Assembly: GCF_009914755.1 (NCBI RefSeq)
Contig: NC_060927.1
Length of the DNA stretch: 64,000 bases
Direction: 5' to 3' (one strand)
DNA from: the human T2T-CHM13v2.0 reference genome, Homo sapiens
Part shown: one piece after another, positions 41,437-54,680 of the stretch
Layout of the letters: each line of letters starts with the position of its first letter
Numbering within the stretch: position 1 is the stretch's first letter
The notes under the pieces: model-generated
The model's database searches: none
Told to the model about the DNA's origin: nothing
Seen by the model: the letters and a program-made list of their open reading frames with translations, nothing else
Made by a program: the position numbers and the translations under genes

Positions 41437-43717
41437 TTTAATTTTCTCTATTATTAGTGTTATACTTCATTGATTTCTGCTCTTCATTTTTTCTCATAAT
41501 TTGCTTACATTTTATTAAGTTCTTAAGGTGGACTCTTAGATTTTTGATTTTGCCTACGTTTTTCACTACGAGCATTTAAAGCTAAAAAGTTTTCCTCTAC
41601 TTTAGCAGCAATCCACAAATTTTGATGCTTATTTTTATTTTTCAGCTTGAAATTTTTCTAATTATTTTCTTAAATTTCTTTTTTGATTCATACTTTTAAT
41701 GTTTGTTAATTTAAAAATATTTGACCTGCAGATCTGTAAATAACAAATATTTATTGTTATTTCTTGCTTATTTAATTTCATTTTGGCTAGACAAGTATCT
41801 AACATTTCTATCTTTTGAAATTTATTGTAGTATTTTTGCACAGCATATGATAAATCTGATGAAACTTTCATGTTCACTTGAAAGAATATTTATTCTACGG
41901 TGAATGGGAGTGATACTCTATAGATGTCAATTAGGTCCACATGGTTGATGGTGTTGTTCAATTCTTCTGTAGCCTTATCATTATTATATGACTACTTGTT
42001 TCAAAAGTAAATGAGAGAGGGTTTGTATATATTTGACTATTATTGTTTACTTGGATTTATAGTTTTCTTCCTTTAGTTTGGTCAAATTTTGTTTGTGTAC
42101 TTTGCATTATAATTAAGCGCATCACTCTGGGGATTATTATGTGCTTCTGACAAATTATCTCATGTATAATTTTTTGTAAAATCTCTTTATTGAAATCTAT
42201 ATGGTTTGATATATCTATAACTCTACTATCTTTCTTATTGTTTGATGGTTTATAATTTTCATCTAACTTATCTCTGTCTGCACTCTGATAGATAGCAATA
42301 TACTTGTCTCTTACTGTTTGTAGTCTGACAAATTTTGACATAATTAGTTTCTCCATCTAGATTTAATGTAACTATTGATATGATACATTTTAGTCTAGTT
42401 TCCATTGTTTCTCTGTTTCACTTATTGGATTAATTTTTCTGTTTCCGTTTCCTTTTTTATTATGTAAACATTGTTTTATCATTAGGTTTTTAATTGTCAG
42501 TTTTTTAGTTATACCAATTTGTACTTATTTTTCAATTGCTTGCTCTATGAAAAAATACTGTTTAATTGGATTTAATATTGTACCACATTATATAGGCTCA
42601 AGTAATCTTACAAAAGTACAATGCCATTTATCTCTTTATCCTATAATTTGCTCCTATATGTGTCATAAAAAACATACAATGTAATGTTTTTATATTTTGC
42701 TTAAAAAATTTAATATCTTTTAAATAAACAAAAAATAGGGTTTTATATTTACTCACATACCATTTTCAGCAATCTTTATCTCTTCTTATTGCTTTCAGTT
42801 TCCATTTGTTATCATTTCTTTTCAGTCTGAAAAACTTAGATGTTTTTAGAGTTCTGGTCTGGTAGCTACTAAGTCTTTAGGTTTATTTTCAGGAAAAAAA
42901 AAATCTTCATGGCCTTTTATCCTAGGAGCAATGGGCTAGCTTAAAAGGATTTAAGCAAGGAAGTAAAATCATCATTTGATTTGTTTATGATCGTTCATCA
43001 CAAGGATAAATAGTTGAGGACAGATTGAAAATGGGTGAACAAGATGCGGGGAGCCAGATTAAGATGCAATCACAGCAGGCTAGACTAGGCCAAAGGTGGA
43101 AGCAGTGGAGACGGAGCCTTTTAATTATGACTTTGGCTTATTAAATCGCCCTGAGGAGAAGACATAAACACAAAATCTAGGCTCCACTGTAAATTAACAA
43201 ATTGACATTCTGGTTTATCAACATATTTCATATTGTTTTGATTAAACAAGTTTTAATAATATGTGAGTATACCAAGTAAAATAAATTTTCTATCACACAA
43301 TAAATAACCCAAATCAGGAGGCAAAGTCTACTCACCTTTTCTAGTTTGTTTACATAAATAAGTATAAGCTTGTTATCTATAGCCATAGCATATTTGAATA
43401 TCTTATGCATTGATAGAAAATTAAACATTTTCTTCAGTGCCTGTTGTTTGATTCTAGACCAGATAATAATTTATTCTCCAACTTACAATAGCTGATATCA
43501 ATTCAAGAAATAACTCATTACTAGATATTACCATTGCCATTCACATGTAAGCTTGTTAATTAGTGGGTTACATGAATAACACATGAGTGTAAACTATAAC
43601 AAGGAAAATTTGAAATATTCCTTCTCAATTTCTCCTTATTCCCTTAAAAATGAGGTGGGATGTCCTGAGAGAGACTCACAATTTTTTTACAGTGGGCCCC
43701 TTCCTCATAGTAGGTCT

Positions 43718-43902
43718 AGTCAACTGTGGCTGCTACTATCCCTAGAAAGTGTTTGAGAATATGCAGAGGTATTTGGTCACATTGCCTAGGGGATACTATC
43801 AATATTTGGTGAATGGGTAACAGGAATACTAATCATCCTGGAATGCATTGGGCTATTAAGAATTGTCCCACCCAAATACCAATAGTGCCTCTGTTGAGAT
43901 AT
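43718..43902. mobile_element. MER20-like hAT MITE
   Basis: End AAGAATTGTCCCACCCAAATACCAATAGTGCCTCTGTTGAGA. Confidence 0.5.
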
Positions 43903-44569
43903 AGGACAAGAGTGATGTTGACCTCTTCTTTGAATTCCCCACTGTGCTTAGCATACTATCTTACACTATCGTTATTGGCTATTATAGTTTGTGTGATATT
44001 TTAAAAATAATAAATGCATAAATAAATGAACTATACAAAACATTTGGTAATATGCTGTGATACATCCAGGGATTTGTATCTCTGGCCCAGTAGGAATATA
44101 AAGTTTTTCTTTTGGTTGGCAATTCAATAATTTATATTCACAGCCAAACCTTCCACCCACTCCATGCCCTATTTAGAGTGAATTGTTTCTCTTCATTTTA
44201 AAGACGGCCTAGATCCTTTTTATATAAGCATGGTACTTGCATCATAAATTAATGCTGGCGTTGCTCAATGTAGCCAAGAATGCAATAGAATTACTAGAGT
44301 CTCTTTTTTCTTATGGAATTGCTATGCAGTCAGTTATACGACCTGATATTCCATTAGCCAAATTCTCAGTGTCTAAATTCATTATGTAGAATAAAAAGAA
44401 AGTTTAATCCTCTCTGTTAATCTTGTCCACATTTTATCTTATACTAAAACGGTAAAGTACTCTTGCATTTTTTTCAGATTCATGTTTCCCTTATGCAAAG
44501 TTTAACAAAATAATGTATATGGGACAATAAAACAGACTTTAAAAATGACTTAACACAAATTTATCTGTT

Positions 44570-46070
44570 TTCAGTCAACAACAAAATATTAAATGTCTAC
44601 AAAAAAATATGTGTCTACCACATACTGGAAGTGTACATTCTAGTAAGAGAGTTTCTACCCACAAGACCTTAGAATTTAAATGGGAAAATGGGAAGTTAAG
44701 TGTTATGAAGTTATACATATTCTGTGACAAGAGTAGACTCCAGTTCATATGTGAGGTGTAAGGAAGGGAGTAGCCAGTTCTACCAGCAAGTGTGTGGATG
44801 TAGTAGGAGGGGAGGAGGCCATGTTGGGAAATACCATAATGAGATGGTGACACTTGAGCTGGAGCTTGAAACATGAGTGGATGTTAAATAGGCAGGCAAA
44901 TAAAAAAATAGAAAGGAGTAATAGCTAAGCTAAACACAGAGGCAAGAAGGAGTGAGTCACTTTCATTCATCTGGAGCTCATTTATCAGATTTAGAGATCA
45001 GGAGATATGGCTGGAGAGACGGGTTGACAACGTCTTTTACACCATGCCATGTAGTTTGAAATATATACTGTAGGCTACACAGTGGTTCTTAAAGTGTGGT
45101 CTCAGTTTAGCGGCATTAACACCTGGGAACCACCTGGGAACCATCTGGGAACATCTTAGAAATACCCATGCTGAGGCCCACCCCCACCTACTGATTCAGA
45201 CATTCTAAGAAAGGGGGCCCAATAATCGGTGATTCAACCAGGCTTTGAGGTGGTTTAATGCATACTAAGGTTTAAGAACTGCTAGGCTAAGAGAAGCCAC
45301 AAAATGACATTAAGCTAATATGTTGTTTGTCTTTTAAAATATTATATTAGTAAAGTTTGATTAGAGGAAAAAAGATGAGAGGGAGGGAGACCATTCAGGG
45401 ACACATGATCAAGAGACCATGGAGACATGCCCAAGTGCAATACTAGTAAGAAGAGAGAGAGGAGGAGAAGTCACAAAGGACACATTAGGAGGTGGAATCT
45501 ATGGGATTTGATTTTTTTTAAAGAGGAGATCCTAATAGTACTTTTGATTTCTTGGTAGTAGAAAGTGATACCATTCTTAAAGTGGAAAGTGTGGAAGGAG
45601 GTGAACTTAATTTTGGACATGTTGAGCTTAAATTTCCTGCGGTAAAGTTGGAATGCAAATAGATTGAATAGACAGTTGGGCATACAAGCATGGAGCATTA
45701 GAAAGAGGTCTGACTGAAAATAGAGATGAGGAAGTCTTTAGCTATTATAGGAAACTGATAACATATATGAAGGGACAGTATATTAGTTAAAAAGAGAGGA
45801 TAAGCCAGTGTAATGCCTCAGGATCATTTATGGGCTAGACAGGAAGCATCTTTACATGCAACAGAGAATAAGTGATCCATTGTTTTGTGAGGCAAAAGGA
45901 GAACCAGAAGGGTGTGTGGTCAAGAAGACCAAAGGAGGAAGGTACTGGTCATCAGTGCTAAGTGAACTGTCATCTTTGGGAAGATGAAAGCCCAGAAGAA
46001 TCTTTTGGTTTTGATATTAGGGAATCATTGTCAGCCTTAGTAAGAACAGTTTCTGGAATATAGGGAGGAT
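44570..46070 (-). mobile_element. L2 (3' ~1.3 kb) with nested MER5A
   Basis: Antisense L2 motifs: GACACTTGAGCTGGAGCTTGAA, TTTTGGACATGTTGAG, GAATAGACAGTTGG, GAGAACCAGAAGGGTGTGTGGTCAAGAAGACCAAAGG. Confidence 0.8.
45080..45284. mobile_element. MER5A hAT-Charlie MITE
   Basis: CAGTGGTTCTTAAAGTGTGGTC ... GCCCACCCCCACCTACTGATTCAGA ... GTTTAAGAACTGCTA; GGCTA-type flanks on both sides. Confidence 0.85.
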
Positions 46071-46249
46071 AGTTTTTCTTGAATCCTTGGCCAGCAGTGA
46101 TAGCAGACCCACCCCGCCCAGACCTTTTAGAAGAGGGTGCCAGTTTTTCTCTGCTTTTGCTTGACTTCAGCTTTCATGTGAAGTTGCCAGCTGAACAAAA
46201 TAAAGTAGAGACAACTTATATTGTTAAAGAGAGAGGATATATTTCCTTT

Positions 46250-46573
46250 TATTTTTATTTTATTTATTTATTTATTTTTAAGACGGAGTTTCACTCTTGT
46301 TGCCCAGGCTGGAGTGCAATGGCAGGACCTCAGCTCACTGCAACTCTGCCTCCCGGGTTCAAGCAATTCTTCTGCCTCAGCCTCCCGAGTTGCTGGGATT
46401 ACAGGTGTCCGCCCCCACACCCTGCTGATTTCCAGCTAATTTTTTGTATTTTTAGTAGAGACGGGGTTTCACCATGTTGGCCAGGCTGGTCTCGAACTCC
46501 TGACTTGAGGTTATCCACCCGCCTCGGCCTCCCAAAGTGCTGGGAATACAGGTGTGAGCCACCGTGCCCAACC
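46250..46573 (-). mobile_element. AluS (Sp/Sq-like)
   Basis: Antisense dimer GAGTTTCACTCTTGTTGCCCAGG; TSD TATATTTCCTTT (46238-46249) / TATGTTTCCTTT (46574-46585). Confidence 0.95.
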
Positions 46574-48149
46574 TATGTTTCCTTTCAGAAAAGAGGAGGT
46601 GGAATGTAGCTACTAGGAAGAGGGATGAAGGGATGAGTAAGGCCGGCATCTTCAGCTGGCAGAGCTAAAAATACCACAGAGTTAACATAATACATGAAAA
46701 CACCACAGTCCTTGAGTCACAATGAGGAAAGGTGTGAGGACCTGACAGCTGGGCCTAAAGTTGATAACAGGAAAAAGCAACACTTGGGTGCATCAGTGGC
46801 AGGTGCTCTGAAGTAAAACAAGAATAAGCATTTTCTATTTTTTAAAAATTTTATTCTAATGAACAAGGGTGAGACTTTGTGATTGCTTCCCTAACATGAG
46901 TTCAGAACTGTGGGATGAAGATTATATAGGTTCCCTATTCTTAGATGATGACTTGGTCTGTCACTCTGCAGGATGTTTAGGGTTAACTGTGGATTAAATC
47001 AGAATTTCACTGTAGTTCAAATCTGAAAACCCTGGTGACTGGAATACCTAAGTTTGTGGTGATCCTGCTCCTGGCCCATGGTGGCAGTGGTCATGAACTG
47101 GAGAAAATGGAGTCTCTCTCTCTCTCTCTCTTTTTTTTTTTCCTGACATCAACCAAGAAAATTTACTGAACTTTAATTTTTGAGGTAAAGATTCTAAAAT
47201 ACCCTCTACAATTTGCTGAATAAATTATAATTTTAATTGTAAGTGTCTTTTCACTTTAGAATGCATTCCACTGCCCTCAACCCCACATAAGGACAAGTCT
47301 CAAGTCAATAAAGAACCTGAGATGAAATAAAATATTCTGAGGCTGTCTCTGGCTTCTTATTTTTAGAACCGGATTGGAATGAAACTTGTCCCTGGAGTTT
47401 GGGAGAATTAGTTCATGATACCCAATAGCATTAAGCACTTAATTGGCTTCAGTTTAATTCTGGGTGTCTGGGACAGCTTCTACTTAATAATTTAGGCTCC
47501 ATTATTTTAGAATTGAATTGGAATGACCTTTGAATATCTGGGGTATGTATTTCCTTGGAAATCCCTGTATCTCTGAGCTTCAAACACTCATGCTGGTCAT
47601 ACCATACCACTTGGCTCATATCTGACAATGAAGCATTATTTGCATTTTTGACATTCTCCTGCCATTTCCATTTCACTAGTTTTAGTGGGAATGTCCAAGC
47701 GCCAAATCTCATAGTTAATGCTTCCTCCTAGGAAATTACTTCTATAGTGACAAAAATCATATTAATTTAATGATAATAGAGTATTTGGATTGTAGAGAAG
47801 TATTGTGAAGAGAATCCAGAGGAAATCCCAGATTCTATCTTGCCAAGAAAATAGTAACAAAGAGGATATATTTATGGAAAACAGTTGCATATTTCTAAAA
47901 TTACATGAAGGGTTATAAGCTAATGAAAACATATAATCACAATCTTAAAAAGATATATCTGGATTTTGAAGAATATAAATATTTATTAACTGATGTGAAG
48001 TGCATGTATATAAAAGCCCTTTATGTTTTGTAGTATATGTTATATTATATGATGTAAATGGGCTTTATAGATGAATAATTGAAATGATTGATAGAATTAC
48101 TCAACAAATTAAATGATTACTACTGTTTATTTTGATAAGTAGTCTTTCA

Positions 48150-49150
48150 AAAATTTATTTATCCAATAAATATTTATTATGTTCCTTCTATACAATAGAT
48201 TTAACTATTTACTCTTACAGCTTTAGCTACAAACAAAACTGAGATGGTCCCAGCCTTCAATGAATATGCAGCTTAATGAGAATAATAGACATTAAGAAAG
48301 TAATTACAAAAACGATAGATGTCATGAGAAGCAAAAATATAGTGGAATGAGTGGCATTGGAGACCTATCTTAATTTCAAGTTCAGGGCCTCCTGGAGAAA
48401 GGAAAATTTAGAAGTTTATACTTGAAGAATGCCTAAAAGAACATTTAGAGTTGTCTTTATGTGTATATAAGGCCAGGAGGTAAGGGAGATTACTAGGAAT
48501 GAACTACAAACTGAAATGAGTCCAACATGGCTGGGGCATAGATAACCAACTATAGAACAGTCGAAAATGCAGTTTTAGAATTAGTGGGGAGCCAGACATG
48601 GAGGGCCACGTAAGTTGTGTCAAAGAGATTTGATTTTATCTAAGGCCTATGGGAAGCAATTGTTGAGTTTTAAGCAGTGGATGTTTGTGATTATACTTGT
48701 GTTTTATGTGCTGTCTCTGGATAATAGCACAGAGAAGGACTGGAGAAGAACAAGAGTGGAAGTGTTGGTATTGGCTTATAGGCCATGACAGTGGTCCTGA
48801 AGGAAGACGTAGTACATGTCATAGCATATATTACATAGCAACATGGCTTGGATTAGGGAAATGACAGTGGTTATCTGGAAGTGTGGGCAGTTCCAAGAGA
48901 TAATTCAGCAATAGAAGCAATGAGTCTTGGTGTTAATTGTGTGTTGGTATGTATGTGGTATGTGTGTTTATTGGATGGGATCATTGAGAATAAAGGAAGA
49001 TTAGGTTTGTAGCTTAAGTTAAAGACAAAGGGTGGAGGGAAGAGGCAGGGTACACCAAGTTCCTGGAGGGCAAGAATAAGCATGGCAACCCCAAGCAGAC
49101 TGTGACAAGATTCTGGACTCTTGCTCATCTGGGAGACATCAAATTTCAGA
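48150..49150 (-). mobile_element. L2 fragment
   Basis: ATTTATTTATCCAATAAATATTTATT 3' end; GAGATGGTCCCAGCCTTCA; TTTGATTTTATCTAAGG...GGGAAGCAATTGTTGAGTTTTAAGCAG. Confidence 0.7.
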
Positions 49151-49159
49151 CATGACAGG

Positions 49160-51472
49160 TGTATTAGTCCGTTTTCATGCTGCTGATAAAGACATACCTG
49201 AGACTAGGCAATTTACAAAAGAAAGAGGTTTAATTGTACTTACAGTTCCACATGGCTTGGGAAGCCTCACAGTCATGGCAGAAGGCAAGCAAGTTCCATC
49301 TTATATGGATGGCAGTAGGCAAAGAGAGAATGAGGAAGATGCAAAAGTGGAAACCCCTGATAAAACTATCAGATCTCGTGAGACTTATTCACTACTATGA
49401 GAATAGTATGGGAGAAACTGCCCCTATGATTAAATTATCTCCCACCAAGTCCCTCCCACAACACATAAGAATTATGGGAGAACAATTCAAAATGAGATTT
49501 GAGTGGACACACAGAGCCAAACCACATCATTCCTCCCTGGTCCCCTGCCAAATCTTATATCTTCATATTTCAAAACCAATCATGTCTTCCCAACACTCTC
49601 CCAAAGTCTTAACTCATTTCAGCATTAACTCAAAAGTCCACAGTCCAAAATCTCATCTGAGACAAGGCAAGTACCTTCTGCCTATAAGCCCATAAAATCA
49701 ACAGCAAGCTACTTATTTCCTAGATACAATGGGGGTACAGATATTGAGTAAATACAGCCATTCCAAATGGGAGAAATTGGCCAAAACAAAGGGGTTGCAG
49801 GGCCCATGCAAGTCCAAAATCCAGCAGGGCAGTCAAATCTTAAAGCTCCAAAGTGATCTTCTTTGACTGCATGTCTCACATCCAGATCATAAGGATCCAA
49901 GAGGTGGATTCCCATAGTCTTGGGCAGCTCCACCCATGTGTCTTTGCAGGGTACAGCCTCCCTCCCAACTGCTTTCATGGGCTGATGTTGAGTGTTTGTG
50001 GCTTTTCCAGGTGCATGGCACAATCTGTTGGTGAATCTACCATCTTGGAGTCTGGAGGATTGTGGCCCTCTTCTCACAGCTCCACTAGATGATGCCCCAG
50101 TAGGGGCTTTGGGTGAGGGCTCTGAGCCTACCTTTCCCTTCTGCACTGCCCTAGCAGAGGTTCTCTATGAGAGCTCTGCCCTTGTTGCAAACTTCTGCCT
50201 GGGCATCCAGACGTTTTCACACATGTTCTGAAATCTAGACATAGGTTCCCAAACCTCAATTCTTGACTTCTGTGCTCAATACCATGTGAAAGTTGCCAAA
50301 GCTTGGGGCTTGCACCATCTGAAATGATGGCCCAAGCTCTATGTTGGCCCCTTTCAGCCATGGCTGGAGTGGCTGGGATGCAGGGCACCAAGTCTCTATG
50401 CTGCACACAGCTTGGGGACTCTGGGCCTGGCCCATGAAACCATTTTTTCCTCCTAGGCCTATGGACCTGTGATAGGAGGGGGCTGCTGTGAAGAACTCTG
50501 ACATGCCCTGGAGGCCTTTTCCCTATGGTCTTTGGGATTATCATTTGGCTCTTCATTACTTATGCAAATTTCTGCAGCCAGCTTGAATTTCTCCTCAGAA
50601 AATGGGGTTTTCTTTTCTGTCTTATTGTCGGGCTACAAATTTTCCAAACTTTTATGCTCTGTTTCCCTTTTAAAACTGAATGCTTTTAACAGCACCCAAG
50701 CCACCTCTGGAATGCTTTGCTGCTTAGAAATTTCTTCCATCAGATACCCTAAATCATGTCTCTCAAGTTCAAAGTTCCACAAATCTCTAGGCCAGGGTCA
50801 AAATGCTGCCAGTCTCTTTGCTAAAACGTAACAACAGTCACCTTTGCTCCAGTTCCCAACAATTTTCTCATCTCCATCTGAGATCGCTTCAGCCTGGATC
50901 TTATTGTCCATATCACTATCAGCATTTTGGGGAAGCCATTCAACAAGTCTCTAGGAAGTTCCAAACTTTCCCACATTTTCCTGTCTTCTGAGCCATTCAA
51001 ACTGTTCCAACCTCTGCCTATTACCCAGTTCCAAAGTCACTTCCACATTTTCAGGTATCTTCTCAGCAGTGCCCCACTCTACTCATACCAATTTACTGTA
51101 TTAGTTCATTTTCATGCTGCTGATAAAGACATACATGAGACTTGGCAATTTACAAAAGAAAGAAGCTTAATTGGAGTTACAGTTCCATGTGGTTGGGGAA
51201 GCCTCACAATCATGGCAGAAGGCAAGGAGGAGCAAGTCACATCTTACATGGATGGCAGCAGGCAAAGAGAGAATGAGGAAGATGCAAAACCAGAAACCAC
51301 TGATAAAACCATCAAATCTCGTGAGACTTATTCACTACCATGAGAACAGTATGGTGGAAGCCATCCCCATGATTCAATTATCTCCCACTGGATCCCTCCC
51401 ACAACATGTGGGAATTATGGGAATACAATTCAAGATCAGATTTGGGTGGGGACACAGAGCCAAACCATATCA
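49160..51472 (-). mobile_element. Full-length THE1 (MaLR) element: 3'LTR 49160-49529, internal 49530-51096, 5'LTR 51097-51472
   Basis: Two TGTATTAGT...ATCA LTR copies in direct orientation, ~1.57 kb internal region, purine tract next to the 3'LTR on the minus strand; degenerate TSD ACAGG/ACAAA. Confidence 0.95.
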
Positions 51473-51579
51473 ACAAATAAGAAAGCCAGCATCTTGTGGA
51501 GACACGGTATCACAACTGCAGGGTTTCTGCTATGCAAATACAAATACTGATGAAAATAATACTGCTGCCCTTCTGCAAA

Positions 51580-54500
51580 ACAATGGCTGAGTTGCCACAG
51601 CCAGGAAGAACATTTCCCACTGAGACAGACCAAAATATCTAGCAAACCAGTATAATCTGAGCAGACCATCTGAGAGAACACATTGAGAAAGTTTTGACAG
51701 ATAACTCAGATGCCAGGGCTGAATGGGACAAAAGCTGAAAACCCAAACATGGTTGCCAAGTGCTAGGACATGTTCCAGACTCTGAAAAGTTCCTCAGGAA
51801 GGGGTGGCTCTGACCTGTGTAAGCTGCCAGACTTGGAGAGAGCAGGGCTATCTTTGCCATGGAACTGGGCTGAGTCTGATCTGTATACCCTGCTGTCTGT
51901 TATCCCCTTTCAGATTTTCTGCCTGAACGTGCTTGTACACAATGCTGTCTCAGCTGCCCACCCAACCCCCTAGAGTGCTTTTGTCAGTGCTCATCACCAT
52001 AGTGCTTTCACCAGAGCCCCAGTCATAACACTGAAGTGTTTTTACTGGCAGCTTCCCAGCAGAAAGTGTTTGCCTGTGATGCTGTCATTGTCCCTTTGAA
52101 GTGCCTTTGCCCACTGTTCCCCCAGATCCCCTCTGGAGCACTTTCCATCTTTGCCACCCCTGCCATCCCCACCAGAGCACTTTTCATCTGTGATGTATCC
52201 TATGGAGTACTTCCTGCCTGTGGCACCCCTACCAGAGTGCCTCCCAGCTACGGCACCCCAGCAGCCTTCCCTTGAGCAGTTGTGCCCACAGCTTCCCTGC
52301 CAGGCCTGATGGAGTCCTGTTGTCAGTGGTCTGGAAGCACCTTGGTCCTGCCAGCCCAGGTGGGGCTTGACCTTGAAGAACCAGAGGACAGAGCTGCAGA
52401 CCTGGTCCCAGCCACCCAGGATTACAGCATGAAGCCCAGGAGTGTGGAGCTGAGCCTGGGCCCTCAGAAATAATCCAGAAATGAAGTCATTCAACTATAC
52501 ATGAATTGTGTGCCACAGTCAAATCCTCAAGGGCAATAAAGGTCATAAAAAGAAAAAGCTCCATTCAAAGAACAACAAATTCAAAAGAAAAAGGAACATT
52601 AATTGTCACAGGTGAGAAAGAACCAGCACAAGAACTCTCGTAACATTAAAAGTCAGAGTATTTTATTACCTTCAAATAATCACACTAAATTCCTAACAAT
52701 GGTTGTTAACTAGATTGAAATAACTGAAATGTAAGACAGAATTCAGAACTGGATGGCAAGAAAGTTCATCAAGATATAAGAATTGATTGAAACCCAATCC
52801 AAGGAAAACAGTAAGATCATCCAGCAGTTGAGAGACAATATAAACATTTTAATAAAGAACCTAACTGACCTTCTTGAAATGAAAACTTTATGACAGGAAT
52901 TTCAAAACATAATGGAAAGCATTAACAACAGAATGGACTAAGCTGAGGAAAGAATCTCAGAGCTTGAAGCCCACTCTTTAGAAGCAACACAGGCAGACAG
53001 AAATAAAGCAAATACAAATTTTTAAAAATGAACAAAATCTCAGAGAAATACGGGATTATGTCAGGAGACTAAATCTACAACATATTGCCATTCCTGAAAG
53101 AGAAGGAGAGAGAGCATGCAACTAGGATAACATATTTCAGGATACGGTTCACAAAATTTTTTCCAATCTTGCTACAGAGGCCACATGCAAATTCAAGAAA
53201 TTCAGAAAACCCCTGTGAGATACTATGCATGACGATCATCCCCAAGACACGTAGTCGTCAGATTCTCCAAGGTCAGCATGAAAGAAAAAATCTTAAAGAC
53301 AGCTAGAGAGAAGGGGCAGATCACTTACAATGGGAACTCCATCAGGCTAACACCAGACCTGTCAGCAGAAACTGTACAAACCAGAAGAGTTTGGAGGCCT
53401 ATTATCAACATCCTTAAAAAAAGAAATTTCAACCAGGAATTCCATATATCGCCAAACTAAACTTTGTAAGACAAGGGAAAATGAAATTCTTTTAGGATAA
53501 GCAAATGCTGAAGGAATTTGTTACCAATAAACCTACCTTACAAGAGATTCTGAACGAAGTGCTAAACATATAAATGGAAGAAGGATACCTGCCACAACAA
53601 AAACAAACTGCAGCACATACCACATTGACACTGTAAAGCAACTATACAATCAAGTCTACATAACAACCAGCTAATTACACAATGACAGAATCAAATCCTC
53701 ATATATCAATATTGACCCTGAAAGTCATTGGGTTAAATGCTCCACTTAAAAGGCATAGAGTTGAAAGTTTAATAAAGAAGCAAGGTCCAAGTATTTTCTG
53801 TCTTTAAGAGACCATCTCATAAGTAACGACACCCATAGGCTCAAAGTAAAGGGATGGAGAAAGATCTATCAAGCAAACAGAAAACAGAAAAGGACAGAAG
53901 TTGCCATTCTTATATTAGATAAAACAGACTTTAAACTAACAATGATTAAAAAGGACAAAGAAAGGCATTACATCAACCAACAGGCTGACTTAACTATTCT
54001 AAATATATATAAACACCCAACATTGGAGCACCCAGATTTATAAAACTAGTTCTTAGAGATCTGTGAAGGACTGAGATAACCACACAATATTACTGGAGGA
54101 CTTAAACACCTCACTGAAAGCATTAGACAGATCACTGAGGCAGAATACTAACAAAAATATTCTGTATTTAAACTCAGCACTTGTACAATTGGACCTAATA
54201 GACATCTACAGAAAAATTCAACAACAACAGAATATATATTCTTAACTGCAAGTGACACATACTCTAAGATCATTAACATGCTTGGCCATAAAGCAAGTCT
54301 CAAAAAATTTAAAAAAATCAAAATCGTACCAAATACACTCATGGACCACAGTGCAGTAAAAATAGAAATAAGTACCAAGAAAATCCATCAAAACCATACA
54401 ATAATGTGGAAGTTGAACAAGCTACTTCTGAATAACTTTTGGATAAAGAATGAAATTAAGAAAGACATCAAACAATTCTTTGAAACTAATGAAAACAGAG

Positions 54501-54680
54501 ACACAATATACCAGAATCTTTGGGACACAATGAAACCAGTGTTAAAAGGAAAGTTTATAGTGCTAAATACCCACGTCAAGAAGTTAGAAAGATCTCAAAT
54601 TAACAGCCTAATGTCACACCTAGAGAAACTAGCAGAACAAAAGCAAACCAACCTCTAGGTTAGCAGAAGAAAATAAAAAA
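51580..54680 (+). mobile_element. 5' half of an older L1PA15/16- or L1PB-type LINE-1 (5'UTR, ORF1, ORF2 EN region)
   Basis: ORF1 KEKILKTAREKGQITYNGNSIRLTPDLSAE; ORF2 start ATGACAGAATCAAATCC at 53682; [22 protein letters not shown]. Confidence 0.9.

Noticed and set aside
43541-43578. Short inverted repeat CATGTAA...TTACATG
   Set aside because: Only about 7-10 bp of pairing; expected by chance in AT-rich DNA
46079-46609. Longest ORF in the track (176 aa)
   Set aside because: Mostly antisense Alu translation with a non-ATG start; a classic artefact
49152-51590. Cluster of overlapping 60-153 aa ORFs
   Set aside because: All lie within THE1 LTR or internal sequence; no gag/pol motifs recognised
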